Source of the DNA: a virus | Direction: 5' to 3' (one strand) | DNA: 64,000 nt | Virus genome (UHGV): UHGV-0098755 | Shown: in pieces, positions 10,582 to 22,054 of the stretch | Numbering within the stretch: position 1 is the first letter of the stretch | How the letters are laid out: each line of letters opens with the position of its first letter | The notes under the pieces: model-generated | What the model saw: the letters and a program-made list of their open reading frames with translations, nothing else | Database searches by the model: none | What the model was told of the DNA's origin: nothing | Program-made: the position numbers and the translations under genes

Positions 10582-11078
10582 AAAGTTTTAATAACCTCTA
10601 TAATATCGTCTTGAGAAAGACCGTTAATTAAAATATGATGTTCCGCCGGAGATTTAGAAATTTTAAAGCATGCCGCAACATCTTCTGCCATATCCGATGC
10701 ACTACGATTTGGATTACTAATTCCAAGGCGGTGTTTTCCCGTCAAAGGATTAACGATGATATAGCATTTGCAGCTATTGATATGAACATTAGGTTGAGTC
10801 TGATTAATGAACACTTCACAATCATACTTAGCGAGTTGATTTTCTAAAAAGACTTTCATCTCTTCAACCGCATCAGGAAGCATATCACGGGCTTGCTCAA
10901 GACGACGATTTCGATATTCTTTAATGGTCGTTTTCCGCTTGACTTGCTTAGCTAAATCTTTCTTAAGATCGGTGATATATCCAACTCGACGATTTCCTTT
11001 GAATACAGAAATCCCATCTGTAGTATCACCGTATGCTTCAACGACCATTTCAGTAGTAATAAGTTGTAAATCCATCAT
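10572..11078 (-). CDS. alc: Alc-like host transcription terminator protein (168 aa)
   Basis: Size and position between the pseT.x block and rnlA as in T4. Confidence 0.75.
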   Translation of the reverse strand: MMDLQLITTEMVVEAYGDTTDGISVFKGNRRVGYITDLKKDLAKQVKRKTTIKEYRNRRLEQARDMLPDAVEEMKVFLENQLAKYDCEVFINQTQPNVHINSCKCYIIVNPLTGKHRLGISNPNRSASDMAEDVAACFKISKSPAEHHILINGLSQDDIIEVIKTLCN

Positions 11079-11139
11079 AAAGTCCTCATGTTATGTCAGT
11101 AAGACTACTATAACACAACACGAGGGACTTGTAAACAGC

Positions 11140-12727
<1,588 letters not shown>

Positions 12728-12734
12728 AATAAAA

Positions 12735-12750
12735 TGGGCCTTGCGGCCCA
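12735..12750 (-). terminator. stem-loop (UGGGCC-GCAA-GGCCCA) between nrdB and denA, followed by UUUUAUU
   Basis: Inverted repeat tgggcc/ttgc/ggccca between nrdB stop (12755) and denA ATG (12727). Confidence 0.45.
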
Positions 12751-12754
12751 CTCC

Positions 12755-13924
12755 TTAAAAGTATTTTTTAAAACTCATCATAACTTTATCATCAACATCA
12801 TTATCAATCTGTGCAACAAGGTAAGATGACAGTTCTACTTCTTGTGGCGCGGATTGAACATTATCAGAATTAAGATATTCACGAATCCAAGGATATGGGT
12901 GTTTAACCGGAGCATCGGTAATTGGGCATGGAAGACCACACTGTTTCATACGAGATACAGTTAAGTAATCAATAAAGCTCCACATGCTATTTGTATTTAA
13001 TCCAGGAACATCGCCATCTTTAAATAAATGAACTGCCCAGTCTTTTTCTTGACGGTTAACTTCCATGAAAATATCAACTGCTTCTTGTTCACACTCTTGA
13101 GCAATTTTAACCCATTCATCACCATCAGTACCGGATTGAAGTTGACGAATAATATATTGAGTGCCTTTAAGGTGAAGCTGTTCATCACGAGCAATGAACT
13201 TCATAATCTTGGCATTACCTTCCATGATTTCCATGTTCTTATGGAAGTTAAAGGTACATGCGAAAGATACATAAAAACGAATAGCTTCCAATGCGTTGAT
13301 TACATGAAGGCAAAGATAAAGAGATTTCATTAATGCTCGTTTAGTACATTCAACAACTTTGCCTAACTCTTCTTTACGAAATCCTTCTGATAAAATTCCT
13401 TCATAATCTTCAACCGCATTCTGATATTCACGAGTCTTAACTAGAACATCATCATAATAACGACCAATAGATTCAGCACGTTTCATGATAGCTTTATCTA
13501 ATACAATCTCATCAAATACCTTTGACGGATCAGTATAAAGATTTCGCATGATATGAGTATATGAACGACTGTGAATAGTTTCACTAAAAGTCCATGTAGC
13601 AACCCATGTATCAAGACTTGGGTCTGAAATTAATGACATAAGTACAGCAGAAGGCGCACGACCCTGAATGCTATCCAAAAGTGATTGATACTTCAGATTA
13701 TTAGTAAAAATATCCTGCTGATATTGAGGAAGCTTATTAAATTGTGCAGCATCCATCATCAAGTTTACTTCTTCAGGACGCCAGAAAAATGACAACTGCT
13801 TTTCGGTTAAATCTTCAAAAACTTTATGACGTTGAATATCATAACGCGCAATACCAAGACCTGAACCAAAAAACATAGGTTCTTTTAAAACATCAACTGG
13901 ATTTGTATTAAAAACTGTAGACAT
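12755..13924 (-). CDS. nrdB: ribonucleotide reductase small subunit, uninterrupted (no intron)
   Basis: Continuous 389-codon ORF, MSTVFNTNPVDVLKEP..., ferritin-like RNR beta subunit. Confidence 0.95.
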   Translation of the reverse strand: MSTVFNTNPVDVLKEPMFFGSGLGIARYDIQRHKVFEDLTEKQLSFFWRPEEVNLMMDAAQFNKLPQYQQDIFTNNLKYQSLLDSIQGRAPSAVLMSLISDPSLDTWVATWTFSETIHSRSYTHIMRNLYTDPSKVFDEIVLDKAIMKRAESIGRYYDDVLVKTREYQNAVEDYEGILSEGFRKEELGKVVECTKRALMKSLYLCLHVINALEAIRFYVSFACTFNFHKNMEIMEGNAKIMKFIARDEQLHLKGTQYIIRQLQSGTDGDEWVKIAQECEQEAVDIFMEVNRQEKDWAVHLFKDGDVPGLNTNSMWSFIDYLTVSRMKQCGLPCPITDAPVKHPYPWIREYLNSDNVQSAPQEVELSSYLVAQIDNDVDDKVMMSFKKYF

Positions 13925-13958
13925 ATTATTCTCGCTTATTATAGGTTTAAATATTTAA

Positions 13959-14762
13959 TCACATATTATGTATAAGCACTTCAGTCTGAAATGATGCACC
14001 TTTCTTTTGCTTCCTATACATGGTTTCAAAATATTCAATTTTGAAATTATTAGAAAGGGCCCAATCTTTTAAAATATAATTATTAATATCGTCTGATAGA
14101 TTATTAGTGATAATAAATTTAGACTTTGACCGTTTAATTTTATCTAATAATTCTAATTCATCCTTTTCTTCCCATCCTGAATATTTAAATTTAGTAGAAA
14201 GATAAGGCGGGTCAATGAATAAATTTTTGTTTTCAAAATCTAAATCTCTGAATGATTTATTACTAAATGTAAATCGGTGTTGTCTATTTTTAAATTCAGA
14301 AAATTTATCCTGCTGAGACTTATTAAAAGAAGTTCTAGAATACTTGGCTCTATTGGCGAAAGCCGCGTTATAGTTCCCATTACTAGAAAATCGGATTAAT
14401 GAACTGAATGAAAATAAATGTAGAACATAAAGATATAGTCCGTTTTTGGTTTTATCGTATTCTTTTGACAGATTATAAAAAGGTGCTGAATCTTTGTCAT
14501 TCAAATTGAAGTCTTCAATAATTTGAACTATATCATTAATTGAAGATGATTTCATCTTTTTATACATGTCTATAAGAGGAGTATTAATATCATTACATAT
14601 AACATTTCTTTGACAATTCATAGAAAATCCAAGACCGCCACAAAAAGCATCCAAAACGGGCTTATCATCAAAGCGGTTTGAAAATTGTCTAATAAATGGC
14701 ATATACTTATGCTTTGCACCTGGATATGTTATGGCAGGTAGGTCTTTCATATTATTTCTCAT
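13959..14762 (-). CDS. Dam-family N6-adenine DNA methyltransferase paralog (267 aa)
   Basis: Motif X YPGAK, motif I LDAFCGGLG, NDI, motif IV DPPY; collinear similarity to the canonical Dam at 60725-61504. Confidence 0.85.
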   Translation of the reverse strand: MRNNMKDLPAITYPGAKHKYMPFIRQFSNRFDDKPVLDAFCGGLGFSMNCQRNVICNDINTPLIDMYKKMKSSSINDIVQIIEDFNLNDKDSAPFYNLSKEYDKTKNGLYLYVLHLFSFSSLIRFSSNGNYNAAFANRAKYSRTSFNKSQQDKFSEFKNRQHRFTFSNKSFRDLDFENKNLFIDPPYLSTKFKYSGWEEKDELELLDKIKRSKSKFIITNNLSDDINNYILKDWALSNNFKIEYFETMYRKQKKGASFQTEVLIHNM

Positions 14763-14769
14763 TTGTTAG

Positions 14770-14787
14770 TGACTCGTCCATGAGTCA
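14770..14787 (-). promoter_or_regulatory. stem-loop (UGACUC-loop-GAGUCA) in the 32-nt leader of the methyltransferase gene
   Basis: 6-bp inverted repeat between nrdA stop (14795-14797) and the methyltransferase ATG (14760-14762); no strong Shine-Dalgarno. Confidence 0.3.
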
Positions 14788-14794
14788 TATTATA

Positions 14795-17059
14795 TCATAA
14801 TTTACAGGATGAACAATCTTCAGCTTTTGGAGTTTCTATTTCATAATCATCAGTACCAGAACCATCACGGGTATTATGATAATAGAAATTTTTTCCGCCA
14901 AAATACCAGAAATACAAAAGGTCATCAATCATTATTGACATTGGAACCTTTCCTTTTGGAAAAATCTGCGGGTCATAGTATGTATTCGCTGAAGCTGATT
15001 GACATACCCATTTCAGCATAATAGCTACCTGCGTAAGATAAGGTTTATTACCTTTCTTAGCTAATTTCCACGTATAATCATAGAGGTCTATGTTATGTTC
15101 AATATTGGGCACGACTTGATTAAAGGAACCCTCTTTTGATTCTTTAACAGAGACTGGTCCACGTGGAGGCTCGATACCGTTTGTACTGTTAGAAACTTGG
15201 GAAGATGACTCACACGGCATAAGTGCTGATAATGTGCTATTACGGATGCCAAAGAGCTTAAGGTCTTCCCGCAGCGCCGACCAGTCACAAACGTATTTTG
15301 GAGCTGCGATTTGGTCAATCTTTTTATTGTACCAGTCGATAGGTAATTCGCCTCGAGACCAACGAGTGTCTGAATAATATTCGCAAGGTCCTTTTTCTTT
15401 GGCGAGCTTAATGGATGCTTTAATGAGTCCATACTGTAATCTCTCAAATAGTTCATGTGTTAAATCGTTAGCATCTTCATAAGAAGCAAAGTTACTTGCC
15501 AGCCAAGCTGCATAGTTGGTAACACCTACACCGAGGTTACGACGCTTTTTAGCTTTTTCTGCTTCAGGAACTGGATATCCTTGGTAATCCAAAAGATTAT
15601 CAAGAGCACGAACTTGAACTTCTGCCAATTCATTAATTTTATCTTGGTCTTGCCAATCGAAGTTATCCAACACAAATGCAGATAACGTACACAATCCAAT
15701 TTCAGCATCAGGGCTATTCACATCATTTGTTGGAATAGCAATTTCACAACACAAGTTACTTTGACGAATAGGTGCCTTTTCACGAATAAACGGAGTATAG
15801 TTATTCGTATTATCAATGAACTGTACATAAATCCTCGCTGTTCCTGAGCGTTCAGTCATGAGCAATTCAAACAGTTCACGGGCTTTAATACGCTTTTTAC
15901 GAATATTAGGGTCTTTTTCTGCGGCTTCGTATAATTCACGGAAACGGTCTTGGTCTTTAAAATAAGAATAATAAAGTTCGCCACCCATTTCATGCGGACT
16001 GAACAAAGTAATGTAGTCGTTCTTTCCAAAACGTTCCATCATCAAATCATTCAGCTGAACGCCATAATCCATATGACGGATACGGTTTTCTTCTACGCCT
16101 TTGTTATTTTTCAAAACGAGAAGATTTTCAACTTCCAAATGCCAAATAGGATAATAAGCAGTAGCAGCGCCGCCACGAATTCCGCCTTGTGAGCATGATT
16201 TAACGGCAGTCTGAAAATGTTTCCAAAAAGGAATAACACCAGTATGGCGTACTTCACCTGTGCCAATCTTAGAACCTTCGGCACGAATCATACCAACGTT
16301 AATGCCGATTCCAGCTCGTTTAGAAATATACTCAACAATTGAAGCGGAAGCCTTATTGATAGACTTCAGCGAATCACCTGCTTCAATAACAACACACGAG
16401 CTAAATTGCCGAGTCGGAGTACGACATCCAGCCATAATAGGAGTTGGCAGTGAAATCTGTCGAGTAGATACTGCTTCATAAAAACGAATAACATGTTTTA
16501 ATCTATCAACAGGTTCATCTTGATGCAATGCCATTCCAATAGTCATAAATGCAAACTGTGGAGTTTCATAAATTTGACCAGTGGTTTTATCTTTAACGAG
16601 ATATTTTTCTTTTAATTGCATCGCCCCGGAATAAGTAAATTCCATATCCCGCTCATGCTTAATTTTTGATTCTAAAAATGTAATTTCTTCTGCTGAATAT
16701 TTTGACAGCAGTTCAGGGTCGTATTTACCTTCATTTACGCAGTAAGAAATATGGTCAATAAATGAACGCGGTTCATACTGTCCGTAAACATGCTTACGAA
16801 GAGCAAACATTAAACAGCGTGCAGCTACGTATTGATAATCAGGCTCTTCAACTGAAATAGAATTCGCAGCAGCCTTAATGACAATAGTCTGAATGTCATC
16901 AGTTGTCATTCCATCACGGAGATATGATTTAATATTTTCATATAATTCATAAGGATCTACAGATGTTCCTTCGGCTGCCCAAGATAAAACTTTAATAATT
17001 TTTTGCGGGTCAAAGCTCTGAGAAACACCACTACTTTTGATAACATTAATTAATTGCAT
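14795..17059 (-). CDS. nrdA: ribonucleotide reductase large subunit
   Basis: 754 aa; [24 protein letters not shown]-cone N-terminus; C-terminal CSSC. Confidence 0.97.
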   Translation of the reverse strand: MQLINVIKSSGVSQSFDPQKIIKVLSWAAEGTSVDPYELYENIKSYLRDGMTTDDIQTIVIKAAANSISVEEPDYQYVAARCLMFALRKHVYGQYEPRSFIDHISYCVNEGKYDPELLSKYSAEEITFLESKIKHERDMEFTYSGAMQLKEKYLVKDKTTGQIYETPQFAFMTIGMALHQDEPVDRLKHVIRFYEAVSTRQISLPTPIMAGCRTPTRQFSSCVVIEAGDSLKSINKASASIVEYISKRAGIGINVGMIRAEGSKIGTGEVRHTGVIPFWKHFQTAVKSCSQGGIRGGAATAYYPIWHLEVENLLVLKNNKGVEENRIRHMDYGVQLNDLMMERFGKNDYITLFSPHEMGGELYYSYFKDQDRFRELYEAAEKDPNIRKKRIKARELFELLMTERSGTARIYVQFIDNTNNYTPFIREKAPIRQSNLCCEIAIPTNDVNSPDAEIGLCTLSAFVLDNFDWQDQDKINELAEVQVRALDNLLDYQGYPVPEAEKAKKRRNLGVGVTNYAAWLASNFASYEDANDLTHELFERLQYGLIKASIKLAKEKGPCEYYSDTRWSRGELPIDWYNKKIDQIAAPKYVCDWSALREDLKLFGIRNSTLSALMPCESSSQVSNSTNGIEPPRGPVSVKESKEGSFNQVVPNIEHNIDLYDYTWKLAKKGNKPYLTQVAIMLKWVCQSASANTYYDPQIFPKGKVPMSIMIDDLLYFWYFGGKNFYYHNTRDGSGTDDYEIETPKAEDCSSCKL

Positions 17060-17376
17060 AAGTCCTCAACTTGAAAATCGTCTTTAAACAATCGGTTAAC
17101 TATATGAGCTATTATATCACCATGACACGGCTTTGGTTTACATGTGCATCCTAGCCTCATTCCACGTAAAGGCTCTAAATGTGCTTTAGTTATTTCTCCG
17201 GATTTAATTCGACGTATAAAATCTTTTTTGAATAATTCAATGGCAGCCTCCCGGCTGCCAGCATCTTTACCGACGTAATTTCCCCAAAATGTACCGCGGT
17301 GAATATTAACATCAAAGTCGGATTTGTATTTATTCACTACCCGGCATAGACGGCCCACGCTGGAATAATTCGTCAT
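17050..17376 (-). CDS. hypothetical protein (108 aa) with CxC...PCHGD motif
   Basis: ORF track; [14 protein letters not shown] cysteine/histidine cluster. Confidence 0.55.
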
Positions 17377-17593
17377 ATTGTTTTTCCGTTAAAACAGTAA
17401 TATCGTAGTAACAGTCAGAAGAAGTTTTAACTGTGGAAATTTTATTATCAAAATACTCACGAGTCATTTTATGAGTATAGTATTTTTTACCATAAATGGT
17501 AATAGGCTGTTCTGGTCCTGGAACTTCTAACTCGCTTGGGTTAGGAAGTGTAAAAAGAACAACGCCAGAAGTATCTTTAAATCGTAAAATCAT
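17330..17593 (-). CDS. hypothetical protein (87 aa)
   Basis: ORF track; overlaps the preceding ORF by 47 nt, so one start may be mis-set. Confidence 0.5.
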
Positions 17594-17901
17594 ATTGCCA
17601 TTTTCCCTTTAATTGCTGGATGCGATTCATAATTTTCAAGGATAAAATCTTTCGGTTTCATGTATTCAGTTAACCAGTAAAGCTGTGTTTCGGTGTCACA
17701 ATTTCCAAACTCTATAGGCCAATCAATTTTAAGTTCACATAGTTCTTTAGGCTCACGACGTAAAATTTCTTTACATTGCTCAGTATGATTCATATAGATG
17801 TGAGTATTACCACCAGAAAATATCAAATCTCCTGGGATAAGATTACACATCTTAGCTACAATATGAACTAACGAAGCATATGATGCAATATTAAATGGAA
17901 G
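17590..17901 (-). CDS. td: thymidylate synthase, exon 2
   Basis: Encodes [21 protein letters not shown]...KGKMAI; the first codon follows the intron's terminal G at 17902. Confidence 0.9.
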
Positions 17902-18917
17902 CATTATGTTCAGATAAGGTCGTTAATCTTATCCCGGAATTATATCCAGCTGCATGTCACCATGCAGAGCAGACTATATCTCCAACTTGCTAAAGCAAGT
18001 TGTCTATCGTTTCGAGTCACTTGACCCTACTCCCTAAAGGGATAGTCGTTAGGCATTTATGTAGAACCAATTCCACTTATCAGATTTTACACGGTAAGTA
18101 ACTAATCCGGATGAAATTTCAAAATATCTAGCTGCATCAGCTGCACATTCAAAAATAATCCCATCACATGAAATCTTTTTAATATTATTAGGCTTTTTAC
18201 CTTTCATCTTTTCTGATATTTTAGATTTAGTTTTGTCTGAATGCTTATGATTAAAGAATGAATTATTTTCACCTGAACGATTTCTGCATTTACTACAAGT
18301 ATAAGCAGAAGCTTGTATGCGAACACCGCATTCACAAAACTTATGGGTTTCTGGATTCCAACGCCCGTTTTTACTTCCGGGTTTACCGTAAAGAGCTTTC
18401 CGACCATCAGCGCCAAGCTTAAGCATCTTAGCTTTAACAGTTTCAGAACGTTTCTTAATAATTTCTTCTTTTAATGGATGCACAGAATATGTATCACCAA
18501 ACGTTGCATCAGCAATATTGTATCCATTAATTTTAGAATTAAGCTCTTTAATCCAAAAATTTTCTCGTTCAATAATCAAATCTTTCTCATATGGAATTTC
18601 TTCCAAAATAGAGCATTCAAACACATTACCGTGTTTGTTAAAAGACCTTTGAAGTTTTATAGAAGAATGGCATCCTTTTTCTAAGTCTTTAAAATGCCTC
18701 TTCCATCTCTTTTCAAAATCTTTAGCACTTCCTACATATACTTTATTGTTTAAAGTATTTTTAATCTGATAAATTCCACTTTTCATAAATACCTCTTTAA
18801 ATATAGAAGTATTTATTAAAGGGCAGTCCTACAATTTAGCACGGGATTGTCTACTAGAGAGGTTCCCCGTTTAGATAGATTACAAGTATAAGTCACCTTA
18901 TACTCAGGCCTCAATTA
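17902..18917 (-). mobile_element. group I self-splicing intron of td (1016 nt) carrying the I-TevI gene
   Basis: Starts UAAUUGAGGCCUGAGUAUAAGGUGACUUAUACUUG... after exon-1 GGU; ends ...AUG before exon 2; the length matches my recollection of the T4 td intron. Confidence 0.9.
18049..18786 (-). CDS. I-TevI GIY-YIG homing endonuclease
   Basis: 245 aa, MKSGIYQIKNTLNNKVYVGSAKDFEKRWKRHF... GIY-YIG N-terminus, zinc finger and C-terminal DNA-binding region. Confidence 0.95.
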   Translation of the reverse strand: MKSGIYQIKNTLNNKVYVGSAKDFEKRWKRHFKDLEKGCHSSIKLQRSFNKHGNVFECSILEEIPYEKDLIIERENFWIKELNSKINGYNIADATFGDTYSVHPLKEEIIKKRSETVKAKMLKLGADGRKALYGKPGSKNGRWNPETHKFCECGVRIQASAYTCSKCRNRSGENNSFFNHKHSDKTKSKISEKMKGKKPNNIKKISCDGIIFECAADAARYFEISSGLVTYRVKSDKWNWFYINA

Positions 18918-19466
18918 ACCCAAGAAAACATCTACTGATCGTTGATACCATTGTAAATCAAGATAACCATTACGCACATTAAACTGATAGAACATATGAC
19001 AGGGCGGTAATGCCATTTGATTGATTTCAGCTGGATTCCATGCTGAAACGATTTGACGTCGATCAGTTGGTAATTTTTTAATACGATCAATAGTTTCAAC
19101 TAATTGATCCACACCACCGAAATCACGCCATTGTTTACCGTATATAGGACCAAGTTCACCACTATGATATCCTAGGTCTTTAGCCTGGTTTTCATAGTTA
19201 TCGTCCCAAATAGTTTTACCTTGAATAAGACTACCATGAGTGCGAAGACGTAAATCATTAACATTGGTAGAACCGGAAATAAACCATAGAAGCTCAGCAA
19301 TGCAAGCTTTCCAGGCGAGCTTTTTGGTTGTTACCGCAGGAAAACCTTTGGTTAAATCCCAACGCAATTTAGTACCGAACAAAGCAATTGTTCCTGTGCC
19401 TGTTCGGTCATCGGTTTCGTAGCCATTTTCAAAAATGTCTTTAATTAAATCTTGGTATTGTTTCAT
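18918..19466 (-). CDS. td: thymidylate synthase, exon 1
   Basis: 183 codons MKQYQDLIKDIFENGYE...QRSVDVFLG; the frame is closed by the intron's first UAA. Confidence 0.9.
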
Positions 19467-19510
19467 TTAGTACCTTATATAAATTATAATACATTTTATG
19501 AAGCTAATAA

Positions 19511-19858
19511 TTAATACGGTTTAGCATCAAATTTTCTCTCAATTTCAGGCGCGAAATATAATTCTTTACCGCGTTTGGAAAAACGACCAATAATATGATA
19601 ATTATTCTCATCAAACGTGATATTACCAATATCCATAGCTTTCAACCAAATATCGATATTTCTATCCAGCTTTATGTCAAAATTCCAATACGGAGAACTA
19701 TTACCGAAAATACTGCAAGCGGATTCAGTGAAACAACTGCTATAAATCTTGTCTTTAGGAACTACTAATTGATAGACGCCTTTAATAAACTGAGGACCCT
19801 GCCACTTTGGCTGTTTTGCGTCTTCTTCTAATAGAATAGGGTAATAATTAAAATTCAT
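19511..19858 (-). CDS. uncharacterised protein (115 aa from ATG at 19858; track lists 119 aa from GTG at 19870) between frd and td
   Basis: ORF track; no recognisable motif; separate SD/promoter-like sequence before td. Confidence 0.6.
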   Translation of the reverse strand: MNFNYYPILLEEDAKQPKWQGPQFIKGVYQLVVPKDKIYSSCFTESACSIFGNSSPYWNFDIKLDRNIDIWLKAMDIGNITFDENNYHIIGRFSKRGKELYFAPEIERKFDAKPY

Positions 19859-19877
19859 ATTTTCCGCCACGCGTTAT

Positions 19878-20704
<827 letters not shown>

Positions 20705-20715
20705 ATTATCTCCTA

Positions 20716-21048
20716 TTAAAAAGGATCAGGAACATATCCACTAGCTTTAATCATTTTGATTAACGTTAGCAGTCCTTTATTAACTGCTTGTGAGATTTCA
20801 TTAAAAACTTCATCACTAAAAAGTTCTAACACACCCTTCTGAACTTTTAATTTACACCCAACAATTTCGTCATCACCTATAGTAAATTCGTTTCCGCCAA
20901 TTCCACCGAAAAACTTAATTACACCAGTTAACTGTTTTCCACGAGAATATGGGTCATGTGATAAAGTAATATGAGTCACCCCAGGTACAGTTTTAAATTG
21001 GCAGCGGATGTTTACTTGGGCAATTCCAGTTACATGAATGTCAGACAT
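20716..21048 (-). CDS. hypothetical protein (110 aa), frd.2-like
   Basis: ORF track. Confidence 0.6.
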   Translation of the reverse strand: MSDIHVTGIAQVNIRCQFKTVPGVTHITLSHDPYSRGKQLTGVIKFFGGIGGNEFTIGDDEIVGCKLKVQKGVLELFSDEVFNEISQAVNKGLLTLIKMIKASGYVPDPF

Positions 21049-21058
21049 AATATTTTCC

Positions 21059-21301
21059 TCAAACAGACTTTTTCACAATTTTCCAATCGGCTTTAAACTG
21101 CTCGACGTCAGAATGATAAATCCAGAATCCTGCGCTTTCTCCATCCTCATAAAGAGGGCATCCATCGCATTCATCTTCCCATCCCATATCACGTAAAAGA
21201 TGTTCAGCTTTTTCAACGAGTTCAGAATCTTTACCAATGATATTAAAATACCATTTACCTCTAACTTCTGAATCTTTGATGCTCTGGCGTTGTAATCTCA
21301 T
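21059..21301 (-). CDS. hypothetical protein (80 aa), frd.3-like
   Basis: ORF track. Confidence 0.6.
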   Translation of the reverse strand: MRLQRQSIKDSEVRGKWYFNIIGKDSELVEKAEHLLRDMGWEDECDGCPLYEDGESAGFWIYHSDVEQFKADWKIVKKSV

Positions 21302-21355
21302 TTTATTCTCCTTAATTGATAGGGTAATAGTATCACACTACTACCCTTCTGTAAA

Positions 21356-21736
21356 CTACTTTTTGAAAGTTTTTCGCAAAAGTTCAATGATTTCATCTAC
21401 ATTGTTTTCGTCAACAATGCAGTGAATTTTTGTTACGCCAGAAATCTTGTCTTCGACTTCATCTTCTTCAGAAGTCGGTTCTTTATACTCACGAAAACAA
21501 TGAAATTCATCTTCACAAATTTCTAAAAGTCTATCTTTGAGGTAAAAATGTTTTCCATTTGCGCATTCAATGTGTTTTACTGCTTTATATCCATTAGCGA
21601 CGGAAACTTCTTTAACTTCAAACCATCCGCCATTATCTCGAATAGCTTTAACTATTGATGAATTAGAACGTGGGCTATAATTAATAAATGTATCAATAAG
21701 TCTTGGAACAAGTTCATACTTTCTACCAGTATACAT
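21356..21736 (-). CDS. hypothetical protein (126 aa)
   Basis: ORF track; GAGGAAAA Shine-Dalgarno. Confidence 0.6.
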   Translation of the reverse strand: MYTGRKYELVPRLIDTFINYSPRSNSSIVKAIRDNGGWFEVKEVSVANGYKAVKHIECANGKHFYLKDRLLEICEDEFHCFREYKEPTSEEDEVEDKISGVTKIHCIVDENNVDEIIELLRKTFKK

Positions 21737-21756
21737 TGTGTTTTCCTCATTTTAAC

Positions 21757-21773
21757 GGGGCTGTAATAGCCCC
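21757..21773 (-). terminator. stem-loop (GGGGCU-loop-AGCCCC) between two small genes
   Basis: Inverted repeat ggggct/gtaat/agcccc between stop at 21781 and ATG at 21736. Confidence 0.4.
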
Positions 21774-21780
21774 TTGATAA

Positions 21781-22011
21781 TTATTGTTCAATCAGTCCCA
21801 TATAAAATTCTGCATCTTCAGAATCCATGCCATCACAATATTCATTAGCCATAAAGCGGGTGAGGTCTTCAAGAGGACCTTCAATGACAATAGAAAAATT
21901 GCAATAATTGGGATCATCATGAATACTTGTGATACTGAGTTCAGGATAACGATTACGAATAATTTCTTCAATATATTCAAAATCAACGATGTCAATATCA
22001 ACTTTAGCCAT
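21781..22011 (-). CDS. acidic hypothetical protein (76 aa)
   Basis: ORF track; first gene after the promoter downstream of gene 32. Confidence 0.6.
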   Translation of the reverse strand: MAKVDIDIVDFEYIEEIIRNRYPELSITSIHDDPNYCNFSIVIEGPLEDLTRFMANEYCDGMDSEDAEFYMGLIEQ

Positions 22012-22054
22012 ATTGTTTTCCTCTTTAATCGTCAGCAGTATTGCCGATAGTTGT

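Noticed and set aside
12728-12751. N-terminal extensions in the ORF track (denA, rnlA, gp33, rnh, gp56, ndd, gp39 and the 42423 and 41798 ORFs)
   Set aside because: The track extends to the most upstream in-frame start, often GTG or TTG, or reads through promoters and hairpins; the internal ATG with a Shine-Dalgarno gives lengths matching the known T4 proteins
13959-14762. Methyltransferase as half of a complete restriction-modification system
   Set aside because: No candidate endonuclease ORF is adjacent; the flanking genes are nrdA and nrdB, so it is treated as an orphan methyltransferase
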